From Carcharhinus longimanus (taxonomy: Eukaryota), in contig JASCQW010000132.1 of NCBI GenBank assembly GCA_030264375.1, positions 48,540,234 through 48,604,233 on the forward strand: a stretch of DNA of 64,000 bases, given 5' to 3'. The notes beneath the pieces were generated by a model that was not told where the DNA came from, did not search any database, and saw nothing but the letters and a program-made list of their open reading frames with translations. Both the position numbers and the translations under genes were made by a program. Shown piece by piece: positions 25,229 to 37,916 of this stretch; the first letter of the stretch is position 1, and each line of letters begins with the position of its first letter.

Positions 25229-25822
25229 TCCCATTTTTGCTGCCAGGGCAGGATGTGAATCATATAGACAGGAGACCCAAATTCAGTCAAATCATTTGTA
25301 ATTAATGCTGAATTCAACCAATCTCATTTGCAAGGGCATTTGCCCACAGTTTGCAATTTATAAATTTATGGAGGAGGCATAGATGTTCATGCAGGGCAAA
25401 TAAGGTCTGTTTATGTGTTATGATCTGAAGTTATTTAAATCCTCAGCACGTTAATGATGAAAGAAAGAGGCTGCAGCTGTCAGAGTTAAAAGGTAGACAC
25501 CCACTACTGGAGTGTACTGATTTATAGGCCATCTGATATAGTTAAAATAATTCAGTAGCCATCTGTTCCTGCAGTTTCAATAGATTTCACTGTTGACATT
25601 TCCCAAGAGCTGCTATTGTATCTGAGCCCATTATGAATATTTGGCTGAATTTCAAAAGCACCAAGACATTTAATTCAACAGAGTTTGAGTTCACTTTCTG
25701 ATTGACAGTTGAAGAGACTATTAAAGAATTAGTGTCTTTGATGTGGTTAGTGAATAGAGGTTTGTTTTTACATTGACCACTTGAAAAGATTTAACATTTT
25801 AATGTGTTTCATGATTAAAATA

Positions 25823-25975
25823 AAACAGTAAATACTGGACAAACTCAGCAGGCCTGGCAGCATCTGTGCAGGAGAAACAACAGTTAACGTTTTGAGTCAA
25901 ATATGATTCTTCTTTGGGACAGTAACTCTGCTTCTCTTTCCACAAACGCTGCCAGACCTGCTGAGTTTTTCCAGC
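25823..25975. mobile_element. Penelope-like palindromic repeat, centrally deleted relative of 7122-7309
   Basis: AAACTCAGCAGGCCTGGCAGC and GCTGCCAGACCTGCTGAGTTT are inverted arms. Confidence 0.7.
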
Positions 25976-26379
25976 TCTTGAGAGGCAAAGTTTATTATTT
26001 TGTGCATCTCCTGAGGTTTGCCGCACTGGATATTAGGTAAGTTTCTGTGGAGCTGATATTGGAGTATAAGATGGCATGTGAGGAGTAGAGGGCATAGAGG
26101 TGGCTTGGGGATGTGAGGGGATATTGGGGTTGGGTGAGGAATTAGGGCCAGATAACTAACAGTCTTTTACATACCTGTAACGAAGTCTTAGAGAACCGAG
26201 ACAAATCTTCTAACCAGCCTTTGGTTCTGTAAGCATCCATTCTATTACCCCATCCCCTTTGTGTTTGTTTATCTCTCCTTTCTCCAGTCAATTCCTTTAT
26301 TTTCTCAAAGAGTCCCTTTTCTTGCCTTTTTCATACTTCTTCCAAATCTCTGCACTGCTGTCCCCAGCAACTCTCTCTT

Positions 26380-27110
26380 CCAGGGTCAGTCCATCTTCTT
26401 AGAGAATGCTTACTACCACAAAGTCAGGGCAGAATTCTCCAGGGCCATCCCCCATTGGTTTTTCCTGAGGTGATTCGCCATCAGCCACTGGCAGGATCTT
26501 CCAATCCCACAGGAATTGATGGTGATTTACACGCTGCCGTCAAGGAACCAGCAGTTAGAGTTGATTTTGGTGGGACCAGAAGATCCCACCAGCAGGAACG
26601 GCTGGAGAATTTCACCTTTGGAATTGGAATAGCATTGGCAAACAATGCATTCTCCAAACACAAAGAATTGCTCAGCATAGGAATAAATTGCAATCTTGTG
26701 AAATTAATTATCAAGACTATGGTTTGGAGAGTCTTGTTGTACAAGGCTGAAATGTGGACCTTGAGAAAAGCGAATGTCCAAGTGCAGAAATTGTGAAGTG
26801 TAGTACTGGAGAAGAGTGGAGGAGGTCAATGGGCGAGCGCACAAGAACAAAGAGAAAGTTCTTAGGAGAGTGGAGGAAGAAGGATAGTCCTGAATGTCAT
26901 CAAGAAAAGACAACAAAGTTAGATTGGCCTTATTCTAAGGCATGAGAACTTAATGAAGGCGGTGATTGATTGAAAATTAGAGGGATGATGATGTTAGACA
27001 ACTTGAATTTGAAAATGGGAGGCTTCGACGAGCAACTGAAGAGGAAAGCAGAAGATGGCGAGGCATGGAGAGTGAGCAGAGAGCCTGCCTTTAGGCAGAT
27101 CACTACAAAC
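26380..27110 (+). mobile_element. RTE-clade LINE 3' fragment split by a MITE (~26426-26616)
   Basis: IALANNAFSKHKELL...IIKTMVWRVLLYKAEMWTLRK matches the RTE C-terminal LLYGAETWTL block. MITE bounded by GGGCAGAATTCTCCAG and CTGGAGAATTTCACC. Confidence 0.7.
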
Positions 27111-28896
27111 TCTGGATTATTTTGGTAATTAAATACCGTGCTAGATTATTTGAATTATACGTTGACTATTGAGCTAATTAAATGCACTATCAGTATTTTG
27201 CACACCGATTTATTGACGTTTAGTGTCGAACTAAAGACTAACCAGTTGGGATTACGTATTCCAATCAGTGCATACTTTCATTTTCAAGCTAATAAACACA
27301 ATTAAAAACACATTTTATTTTGTATGGCAATGTTATTGTAAGTTATGTGCAGTATAGGGTCTAAAAAAACAAATTGAGTGTGTCAACACTATATCATTCC
27401 ATACCCGGACTGGCTGGCTTCCTGACAAGTAGACTAACCGATTCCAAGTTGCAAGAAAATCGATTGGCACAACCTCCTATGAAGGATTATCCGGCATAGA
27501 GTAAAGTGTTAGTATCTCTTCTCTTCAGCACTGCTTGGGCAGCTATTTAAATCCACAGCGGAGTAAAACAATTATCCAATGTTTAAATTTGCGTAGTTGT
27601 TTTCATCACAGTATTTTTTTTCTCTTTCATTTAAATTTGATTGCAGCTGTCTCTTTACTGGGAACCTGACTTGTAAATCAGTCAGAGTACACAAAGAAAT
27701 TGCTATGGTTCGCTTTCAAATTTATGAAATTGACAAGGCACCAAATGGACATGGATTGTATTTTGAATAACTTGGGGGTGTTACTCCAAATTCTGTACTT
27801 CACCGTCTCCTGTTATTGTGAATCTGATAATGGTCATGCGTACAGCTGCAACCATCCATAAAGTGGTTAAAAGCACGGTGGCTGTTCCAAAGTGAACATT
27901 AAAGGTAGTCAGCCATTTTATGCACAGTCAGGTCTGTAGGGAACAAATTTTTTTTTGCAGATTCAGTATTCTATGGTTTATTTGGCATCTGCTTAGGAGT
28001 CACTGAAGTGTATTCTAACACTAGCTTGGCATCATTTTATAACAATATGTCACCTGTGCATGAATAAAGTTGACGCATTTATAGAAGTATGAATTATACA
28101 GAAAGCTTTAAAAAAATCTTTCGATGTTGATAATACCTGAGCAACCAACTTGCGTAGCATCAAAAGCTGATGTTTATTACTATCTGTATATATTTACCCA
28201 ATAGAAGTTATATCCATTTTCATGTGCGGGTATTTTTAAAGCATCTGTTAACAGATGGTAACAAAATGCACGTTAACGTTTACATAGTGACTACTCCATT
28301 CTCATCAAGTCAATGTAGATTTGACTTCTTTTATACACATTGTTTTGAAGCGTGGGTAAAGAGTTGATTTTGTTCTTGTTCTTTTTCCCAAATTTTCTTC
28401 ATAGGCATATATTGCCATTTTTAATTGCTTTTTTTTGAGGTAACTTGACTGTTCCAAAATTGTCATTCTTCCTTTAACAATGTACTAAGAGTTCAACTTA
28501 AGGAGAAACTGTAACTGTTCACTGTAAACTCCTGCAATTGTATAGACTGGAAAATTGTTCACTCACTATTTTTGTAATATCTTTTCTATTTAGCCATCCA
28601 CAATTGCGCAATTGTAGATTTGCATCTGTATGCTTTAAGAAAATCTATGTAGTGATCTCCTACATTCTGGTTTATATCATGAATGTCAGTGTACTACTAG
28701 GAAAGACAGTTATAACATTAGGGTTACAATCGAGTCTTTCTTTCAAAGAACCTAATTGAGCATTAATGTATTCTTACTGCCATTGAAGGTTCTCTTTGAA
28801 ACTCCAGCACAGCAGTGAGAGAATAATTAGCAGTCCCTAGTCAAGTCCAGTTCACAAAAGTACTACTATGTTGTTTCTACTTCTTCTTTTGCGCAG

Positions 28897-29106
28897 GGTT
28901 TATTGTCTGAAATTCTCAGAAAAGAAGAGGACCCAAAGACTGCCTCGCAGTCTTTATTGGTCAACCTGAGGGCAATGCAGAATTTTCTAAACCTGCCAGA
29001 AGCAGAAAGGGACCGTATTTACCAGGATGAAAGGGAGAGAAGCCTCAATGCAGCCTCAGGGATTGGAACTACACCTTTGATAAGTTCTCCTAACCGTACC
29101 CAACAG
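28897..29106 (+). CDS. SATB1: SATB1 coding exon (210 bp): second half of CUT1 and linker
   Basis: Acceptor ttcttcttttgcgcAG, phase 0. Encodes [70 protein letters not shown]. Donor GTAATC at 29107. Confidence 0.97.
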
Positions 29107-31148
29107 GTAATCATTCAATAAAAATATCCATTTTGTGTTTTTCCTGCAGCTGGTCCTGAAATTCGGCTTATCATGTTTTTCCTTCAAGAAAACTTTTTCT
29201 TCCTGGTATCGTGTTATGAAATTAATTCTTTGGCATTGTATGTTATTCAAATTATTCAATTTTATAATCATGAACGAATTGAAATTTTCAAAATAATTAT
29301 TTATGCCGATGCTTTATCCAGAATGGAACACTGCTTGATTTGAGACAATAAAAAGAAAATGCTCAAAAGATTGAAGAATCACACTGGTTTTTTGTATCAG
29401 GAAATTATGGATATATTTTCTGATACCTTGCTGCCAGTGGTTTGCTTGACCAGAGAACAAATTAGTGCGTTGGGTCTGGAGGTCATCATGTCTCGTATGC
29501 AGTGCTTTCAATTTTTTTGGTTGTTGATTTCAATGGCTGATTAACCAGAAATGGTGTCAATCAGATGCAGTCAGCTCCATGCCTGAATCTCCAATACGTG
29601 CTCTCACTGAGAAGGGTTCAGCACAGGACAGAGAGCCTTGTAACATTTACTCTTTCGTGATCTTTGGGGAACTGATTTAAAATGCAGCTCTTTTACTTCT
29701 AAACCAAACAGTCATAGAACAAAGATTTATTTTATCTGCTAGCTGTGAGATCCTTAAGCAAAATTAATTTGAATAGTCTCAGCCCAGTTGATAGTTAAGA
29801 GTGGATCTTTGCCACATGATCACCCACAATTTGGTGCAGTTGACACTTAGGTTTTACTTCACAATGTGGCAATGAATTAAGATAAGTAGGGTAAGGCTGT
29901 CTTAAAATAGTAGAAATTGGAATTTCATAAAAACAGATTAAACATTGTGTACTAATATTTGCACAGTGTAATTTCAAGCCCTGAAGGGAACAAATTCATT
30001 CAGAGGGAAAATGGGACAAAGTCACAGTGCTGCGATTGGGAATCTGAGGTTGGGTGTAAGACTTGGGTGGGGCAAAGTAAAATGACTTTTAATCTGCATC
30101 TGGTCACAGCACTTGAGTTCTAGGTGCTTAAGAGGGACTGTGCTAGACTTTGCAGCATTAACATCCACTACCAGCACAGAATTTTATTTAATTTGACATG
30201 CATTTTATAATATTTTTGAATCATTTGAAAAATTCACTCTCCAACACGTGCAGTGAAAGCAGTTCTAAATTGTTAACATTAGTCAAATTGTTATTTATGC
30301 TTAAGCAACCATCCATAGGTTTTGGGGTAAAAAATTAGTGATATATAAAGATTGCCAAATTACGTTGATTGAAAGATATTTGCCAAAAACCTCCATCTTC
30401 ACCTGCGGCTGGGATTCTCCAGTGCCACTGAAAGTGAATAGAGTTTTGGCTGAGCGCCAAATTTTCTGTTCTTATTGGCAGAGATGGCAAGGTGAATGGA
30501 ATCAGAGAATCTCACCATTATCAGGAAGATGGAACCCATGTAGGTTTTTGAGGAAGGAGTTAAAAGTTGTTAAAATTATTTTTTACGATTGCGTTAAATG
30601 GCAGTATAAATAGTTTACTGAGTTTATTCAGTGAACAGTTGAGTCATCACAGAGCAGTGGTCTCAAATTTAGTCCCTTATCTGTGCTGTAGTGATCAGTG
30701 CAGGAGCCTCAAACTATTTACAATCCATATTGACTTGGAGAAAGAGACAGATTATCTTGGATTTGCAAAAGGCATTTGATAAGAATCCACGTAAAAAAGT
30801 TACTGCACAACATCAAAGTCCATGGTGTTGGTGGTGATATATTAGCATGGATGGAAGATTGGCTAATCAACAGACAACAGAAATTTGAAATAATTGGATA
30901 ATTTTCCAGTTAACAATCTATAAGTAGTGGAGTGCTGCAGGGATCAGTGTTGGAATCTCAAAGATTTACGATCTATATTAATGATCAAATGAAAAGATAA
31001 CCAAATTTGCTGATGAGACAAAGATGGCTGGGAGAATGAGCTGAGAGGAGGATATAAATATTTTACGAAGAGGTATATGTATAAGTTAATTAGGTAGGCA
31101 AGACATCGGCAGATAGAGTGAAATGTTGGAAACTATGAAGCCATCCAT

Positions 31149-32366
31149 GCAGGGTGAGGTAGTCAATTGGATACAAAATTGGCTTGATGATGGAAGACAG
31201 AGGATGGTTGCAGAGGGTTGTTTTTCAAACTGGAGGCCTGTGACCAGCGGGATGCATCAGGGATCGATGCTGGGTCCACTGTTATTTGTCATTGATATTA
31301 ACGATTTGGATGATAATTTAGGAGGCATAGTTAGTAAGTTCGCAGATGACATCAAGATTTGTGGCATAGTGCATAGTGAAGAAGATTATCTAGGATCACA
31401 ATGGAATCTTGAATAATTAGGCCAGTGGGCTGATGAATGGCAGATGGAGTTTAATTTAGATGAATGCGAGGTGATGCATTTTGGTAGATTGAACCAGGGC
31501 AGGACTTACTCAGTTAATTGTAGGGCACTGGGGAGAGTTATAGAACAAAGAGATCGAGGGTAACGGGTTCATAGTTCCTTGAAAGTCGAGTCACAGGTGG
31601 ACAGGATGGTGAAGAAAGCATTTGGCATGCTTGTTTCATTGGTCAGAACATTGATACAGGACTTGGGACACCTTGCTGAAGTTGTACAAGACTTTGGTAA
31701 GGCCACATTTGGAGTACTGTGTACAACTCTGGTCACCCTATTATAGAAAGGATATTATTAAACTAGAAAGAGCGCAGAAAAGATTTACTAGGATGCTACT
31801 GGGACTTGATGNNNNNNNNNNNNNNNNNNNNNNNNNNNNNNNNNNNNNNNNNNNNNNNNNNNNNNNNNNNNNNNNNNNNNNNNNNNNNNNNNNNNNNNNN
31901 NNNNNNNNNNNCTAGGATGCTACTGGGACTTGGTTTGAGTTGTAAAAAGAGGCTGGATAGACTTTTTCGTCTGGAGTGTAGGAGGTTTAGGGGTGATCTT
32001 ACAGAGGTCTATAAAATAATGCGGGGCATAGATCAGCTAGATAGTCAATATCTGTTCCCAAAGGTAGGGGTGTCTAAAACTAGATGGCATAGCTTTAAGG
32101 AGAGAGGGGAGAGTTACAGAAGTGTCCAGAGGGGCAACTTTTTCACATAGAGGGTCATGAGTGTCTGGAACAAGCTGCCAAAGATAATCGGAGAGGTGAG
32201 TACAGTTTTATTTTTTAAAAAGCATTTAGTCAGTTACATGGGTAAGATTGTATAGAGGGATTTGACCAAATGTGGGCAATTGGGACGAGATTAATAGTAA
32301 AAACTGGACAGCATGGACAAGTTGGGCCGAAGGGCCTGTTTCCATGTTTTAAACCTCTATGACTCT
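31149..32366 (+). mobile_element. Younger CR1 LINE 3' part
   Basis: WIQNWL...QGSMLGPLLF..INDLD..SKFADD, LYKTLVRPHLEYCVQLWSPY and RRFRGDLTEVYKIM; tail CTCTATGACTCT. Confidence 0.92.
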
Positions 32367-32403
32367 GTGCATAGAAAAGCTAGAATGATGAGCAGGATTC
32401 TCT

Positions 32404-32714
32404 TAGAATCGTAGAATCCCTACAGTACAGAAGGAGGCCATTCGGCCCATTGAGTCTGCACCGACCACAGTCCTACCCAGCCCCTATCCCCATTACCACA
32501 CGTATTTACCCTGCTAATCCCGTTGACACTAAGTGGCAATTTAGCATGGCCAGTCAACCTGACCCGCATATCTTTGGGCTGTAGGAGGAAACTGGAGCAC
32601 CCAGAGGAAACCCACGCAGACATGGGGAGAATGTGCAAACTCCACACAGTGACCCAAGTCAGGAAACCCTGGTCCCTGGGGCTGTGAGGCAGCAGTGCTA
32701 ACCACTGTGCCACC
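32404..32714 (-). mobile_element. HE1-like V-SINE with 7-bp TSD
   Basis: Full reverse copy; ATTCTCT at 32397-32403 and 32715-32721. Confidence 0.88.
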
Positions 32715-35646
32715 ATTCTCTGGCCTTCCCTCAGCATTTTTCTTGATGGTTGGAGTGGGTGGGTGGGGGGGGGGTGCGCGGGGTGGGGGGACGGTGTGCA
32801 TGTGTCCTGGAAATGAACCTGTTGAATTCCGAAGGTTGGGATTATGTCTGCACAAAGCCGATGGTTCTGATCTTCCAAAAGGGAAGCAAATGAAGAGAGA
32901 AGCTGGGGAAATCGAGGGAGAATCAGGTTATGGTTATAATATCACAACCTTAAACATTTTCCACATAACTGAGTTTGTGAAAGGACCTGAATTTGAGCTG
33001 TCAGTGCCAGTCTAATCACTCCGGCTCTCAATGCTTTGCAGTCTTCTCTCTGGTGAGCGTGGGCTAGGGGAGTATTCCCATAAACAATAGTTTTTATTTC
33101 AAATTCACACTTTAGTCATCACATAGCTGCTAAATAAATCCATTTGTCAGCCCTTTCCCCGCTGCCTGGTGCACGCAGTCAGACCCATGTTTCTGCTGAC
33201 TTGGTGCAATCTGTGCGCTGGTGGTGGGAGGTGAATTAAACAGCCAAGCCACTGGAAACCAGGCCCCCCTAAACTTGTACAGAATTTAGTTCAGTTAGTT
33301 GTTAAGTCAGTTAGCTGCAGAATTTTCTGATATTTTTGACTATGTATCAACTCAAGTGGGAAAGTCCAGCCACTCTGCCAGTTTTCCCTGCCCTTTTTTT
33401 TGATGTTTAGCCAAATGAAAAACCAGGAGGTGGGTCCCACGATGCCACGTTGGTGGGGAGAGATATCTCAATGTCTGCCGCGCGNNNNNNNNNNNNNNNN
33501 NNNNNNNNNNNNNNNNNNNNNNNNNNNNNNNNNNNNNNNNNNNNNNNNNNNNNNNNNNNNNNNNNNNNNNNNNNNNNNNNNNNNGGGGGGGGGGGGACGG
33601 GGTGCAGTGGAGGTGTTGGTGGCAAGATCCTCTGGCACCAACGCTGTTGATGGGAATTCCCACTGAAGCCATCCCACTTGCCTGGAACCCCACAGCGGGG
33701 TGTTCATTGCTGGCGGGATCAGAAAATCCCGCCAATGTGCGCAGCCAGAAATTTCTGGCCATTATTTAAAAGGAGAAAGACTGCAGAATACGGCAGCACA
33801 GATGGACCAGGGTGTCCTTGTACACGAATCACAAAGAAATAGAGTGCAGGTACAGCAAGTAATTAGGAAGGCAAATGGAATGTAAACCTTTGTTACAAGG
33901 GGGATAAAGTATGAAAAAGAGAATTCTTGCTACAACTGTGTCTGGTGTAGGGAGACAGACCTCGAGTACTGTGTACGGCTTTGGTCCCCTTGATTAAGGA
34001 GCAAGATCCTTGCATTGAAAGGAGTTCAGAGAAGGTTCATTAGGCTGACTCCTGGGAGGAAGGGGTTGCCTTATGAGAAAAGGTTGAAGTTAGAAAACTG
34101 AGAGGAGATTGCATTGAAGCAAATAAGATTCTGAGGGGATTTGAAAGAGTAGGTACTTCCTTTTTGAAGGGAATCTAGAACTGGGGACACATTTACAAAT
34201 ATGGAATCTTCAAGTTAAAATAGAGACGAGGATGGATCTTTTCACTGTGGGAGCTGTTAATCTTTGGAATCCTTTTCCATAGAAAGCAGAAGATGTTTGG
34301 TCATTGAATATGATTAGACAGATTTTTGATTGAAGACAAGTTAAGAAGGGATAGACAGAAGAGTAGAGTTAAAGTCACAATCAGCACAGTCAAGATCTTA
34401 TCAAATGGCAGAGCAACCTCAATGGGCTGAATGGCCGACTCCTGCTGTTCGTCTTTATGATCTTATGATTACTCAGCTGATCTTAACTGGAATCATGGTG
34501 GGAGTGTTGGAGTTGATATCATTGCCCTCTATCAAGCAGGGGAAATAATCCTGAGTTCCTGTTCCTGAATCCTTGAACTCATCAATCTCTGCTAGATGCA
34601 TGCAGATGTGACCATTAGATGAGGACAGGTTCCACCTGGTCAAGTTACCTGCTAGTCCCCACTCTCAAGGCTTCTACATAAATGTGCACTTGAACCAAGT
34701 TTTCTGAGGGTGGCACACCCAGAGAGTCCATGACTCAATATCTTCAGCGAAAAAAGAGGAGAACACAATTGTCAATCGGGGGAAAAGTAATAGAAAAGAT
34801 TATTGTTGGACTAACACCTGGTGGACTCCTTTCAGTTGCTGCTCAAAGTATGCAGTTAGCTGTGATTATTTCTTCAGCCCCCCTGCCATCCTCTCAGGAG
34901 TTGTTTCTCAGGTGAGACTTAATGGAAGAGAAGAACAAAGATTTTTGATATTCTTGTAAAATGCTCTCCATTCTTGCATCAGTGATCCAGAACCTTTTTA
35001 TTTTCATTAAGATGTCTTACTTTGTTTTTAAATGATGCCTGATGTATTGTTTTCAGCAGAACCTCCCACTCAATTTTACAAAGAACAGATTTTGATCCAT
35101 TACTTTGTCTAAATCTTATAATTATTAATTGGAAGAAATGCGCTGTCCAATTGTTACCTTTCAAAGCATTACTTTATAACTTCAGTGGTGATAATGCCAA
35201 CACTTGAGCAGCAACGCACCATGGGAATTTCAGACAACAAATACATTTCGGAAAGGTGACATATATGAATCAAAATATCCTTTTTATTCTGTGGGAGTGA
35301 ATTAAGTTCCACTGCGCAGCAAACTGATAATTCAGTCCAGTAAAATACAGGAAATATAATGGACAAGCAAATTTTTTTCTGACGATTGACATATCATTTT
35401 GAAATGTATTTAAAGGTTCAGTGAGATTCTAGGGGGCATTCTCTCCCACAAACTTTAGAAAAAAAATCACCAGCAATGCTCGTTCCAGCTAACCATCGTA
35501 ACTCACTCAAGCTTGTACTTCTTGTAACTTATGAGTATTTTTGCATTAGTGAAAGAACCCCTGTAACATATTATCACAGGATGATATGCCTTTGTATTTA
35601 TACTTTCTTATAGTACATTATTAACTCAGATTAAACCTTTATCTAG

Positions 35647-35802
35647 GTCAAAACGTCCTCCATTACAACTGAATGGAATGGTAAATCGGAAGGCTGTGCA
35701 CTTAATATTAATGCTTCCATTTACGATGAGATTCAGCAGGAAATGAAGAGGGCCAAAGTGTCCCAAGCATTATTTGCTAAGGTTGCAGCAACAAAGAGCC
35801 AG
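35647..35802 (+). CDS. SATB1: SATB1 coding exon (156 bp): first half of CUT2
   Basis: Acceptor cctttatctAG, phase 0. Encodes [52 protein letters not shown]. Donor GTAAGG at 35803. Missed by the ORF track. Confidence 0.96.
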
Positions 35803-36494
35803 GTAAGGATTAGGTGCAGTCTGCTTGCATGCATAGAAGATTTATGATATGCTTCAGCTAATGGATCATCATGCACAGCCTGCATTGTATAGTCATTTAT
35901 ATTGTAAAAAGAAAAGGTTGCTTCATAGAAAATGTTCGATTATAGAGGATATGGAAAGCAGTAGTGAACCAAGTAGTTTTGCCTCATTTATGGATGCCAG
36001 CTGTTCATCAAAATACATTTTAGTATAGCTTAACTTTAATGTTTCAGAGGGTTAATTTTCTTTTTATCATTTTGATCATTGAGATTGCCACTTGCAATGT
36101 TAGAGCACATATATTAATGGTTTTGTATGACATTCTGCTGGTTATTTTAATGAAGGAGAACTGAAGATCACACTTGCATAAGAGAAGGTAGGGTAGTTTG
36201 GTTCAGAGATTCTGCCATGATATCCTTTAATTGGCTCTATGATTGGTTAATAATGATGAGAAAAGTCAGATTGTGTTCCTGTTTCTCTTAACTGGTGTAT
36301 ATCCACCTGACCATCCATCTAGTTGGCAACAAAACTGACTTGAGGATACCCAGTTACTTTGAACAAACCTTACCTTGTGGTGCAGAGCAGAGAGTTTGTG
36401 GTAGAGTGTCAAGTGACCAGGAATCACTGCTGCAGCCCTTGCATCTTGCTTCTGTATTTTATGTTCTTGTATGTAGACTTTCAGTGCATGAAAG

Positions 36495-37556
36495 TGTTAG
36501 TTTGGCTCAGTTGGTGGTATTGTTGCCTCTGAGTTAGGGTTTGAGCATGTGTTTAAAATTGACACTTACACACAGTTTTGAAAGACTGCTGCATTGTGGG
36601 GTTGCTGTCTTCTGGATACCAAGTTTATTCGAAAGATTGTCTGCCTATTGAGATGGATGTAAAAGTGGAAGAAGTGGAGGACACTGTCCTGGATATTTTT
36701 TTCACTTTCAACCAATCCCACCAAAAACAGGTTAACCTGAGTCATCTTATTTTGCTGTTTGTAGAATCTACATGAGAACATTAGGAATTAGGAGCCGAAG
36801 TAGGCAAAATCAGCCCTTCGAGTCAACTCCACCATTCAATCTGATCATGACTGATCTCTCCCTGATCTCCAATCCACTTCNNNNNNNNNNCCTCACCTGT
36901 TTCCCATATCCCTCTTTCCCGTTTTTTTTATTAGAAATATGTCTATCTCCCTCTTAAAATCATTCAAAGATTCAGACTCCATTGTGCTATTGGGCAGTGA
37001 ACTCCACAAATTCACCACCCTCTGCGGAAAGTGAATTAGATCTCCTGATCTCAGTTTTAAATCTACTGCTTCGCAACCTATACCTGTGACCTGTGAGATT
37101 GCCCCATAAGAAGAAACATTTGGTCAACATTTATTTTATCAATTCCTTTTAAAAATTTTATATACCTCAATCAGAACCTCTCTCACCCTCTAAACGCCAG
37201 TGAGTACAAGCCCAAACTATTTAATCTCTCCTCATGCTTCAACCCCTTCATCCCCGGAATCAATCTGGTGAACCTTCTTTGAACTGCCTCTGATGCTATC
37301 TTTCCTCAAATAAAGAGACTAAATCTGGACATAATACTGATGTGGTCTCATCAACACCCTACACAACTGAAACAACACTTCTCTACTTTTATAGTCCAGT
37401 CCTTTTGCAATAAATACCAACATCCCATTTGCCTTTTTTTTATTATGATCTGCCTGTATGACAACAGTGACAGTGGTTAAAAGTAATTTATTTGGATGTA
37501 AAGCGCTTTGGAGTATGCTTTGAACGTGACAGAGTTCTATATAAATGCAAGTTCTA
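36495..37556 (+). mobile_element. Old Deu-domain SINE (SacSINE1-like), split by a CR1 fragment
   Basis: tRNA-like head TTGGCTCAGTTGGT and Deu-like GATGGATGTAAAAG. L2-type tail TGTAAAGCGCTTTGG...TATATAAATGCAAG resumes after the insert. Confidence 0.55.
36770..37455 (-). mobile_element. CR1 LINE 3' fragment
   Basis: KKANGMLVFIAKGLDYKSREVLFQLCRVLMRPH in ORF 37319-37591; reversed 3' UTR at 36770-36860. Confidence 0.85.
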
Positions 37557-37916
37557 TCAAAGCTATTACTCATCATAATAGATTGAAACAAAAAAAGTCA
37601 AACCATCTTGACATTTTCTTTAACATATTCAGCATATGTTGCTTTTTATTCTTGTTCTGTTTCAAAACACAGCTGAAAGCACACAGCTTTGTGCCTTCTT
37701 CATCTTTTGATCTTGTGTTTCTTTCTGCTGAAGTATATGTGAAGACACAATCGCAAAGCAGCAATAATTATAATTTAAGCTACCAAACTAGGTGCTGCCC
37801 AAACAGCAGGATTAGTTACGGGTTGGAAACCTGAATAGTAAAGGAGTGGACATTGCCAAGGCTCTTTCCCAGAGCCACAGCATTAACATCCCACCTTCAT
37901 GTTCCCCAATTAATTA

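Larger units (their letters stand above)
30640..34470 (+). mobile_element. Old CR1 LINE in three pieces (~30640-31148, 32367-32389, 33761-34470), split by younger insertions
   Basis: RT motifs (LDLQKAFDK, KFADETK). Collinear continuation CATAGAAAAGCTAGAAT / ATTATTTAAAAGGAGAAAGACTGCAG. Tail TCTTATGATCTTATG. Confidence 0.7.
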
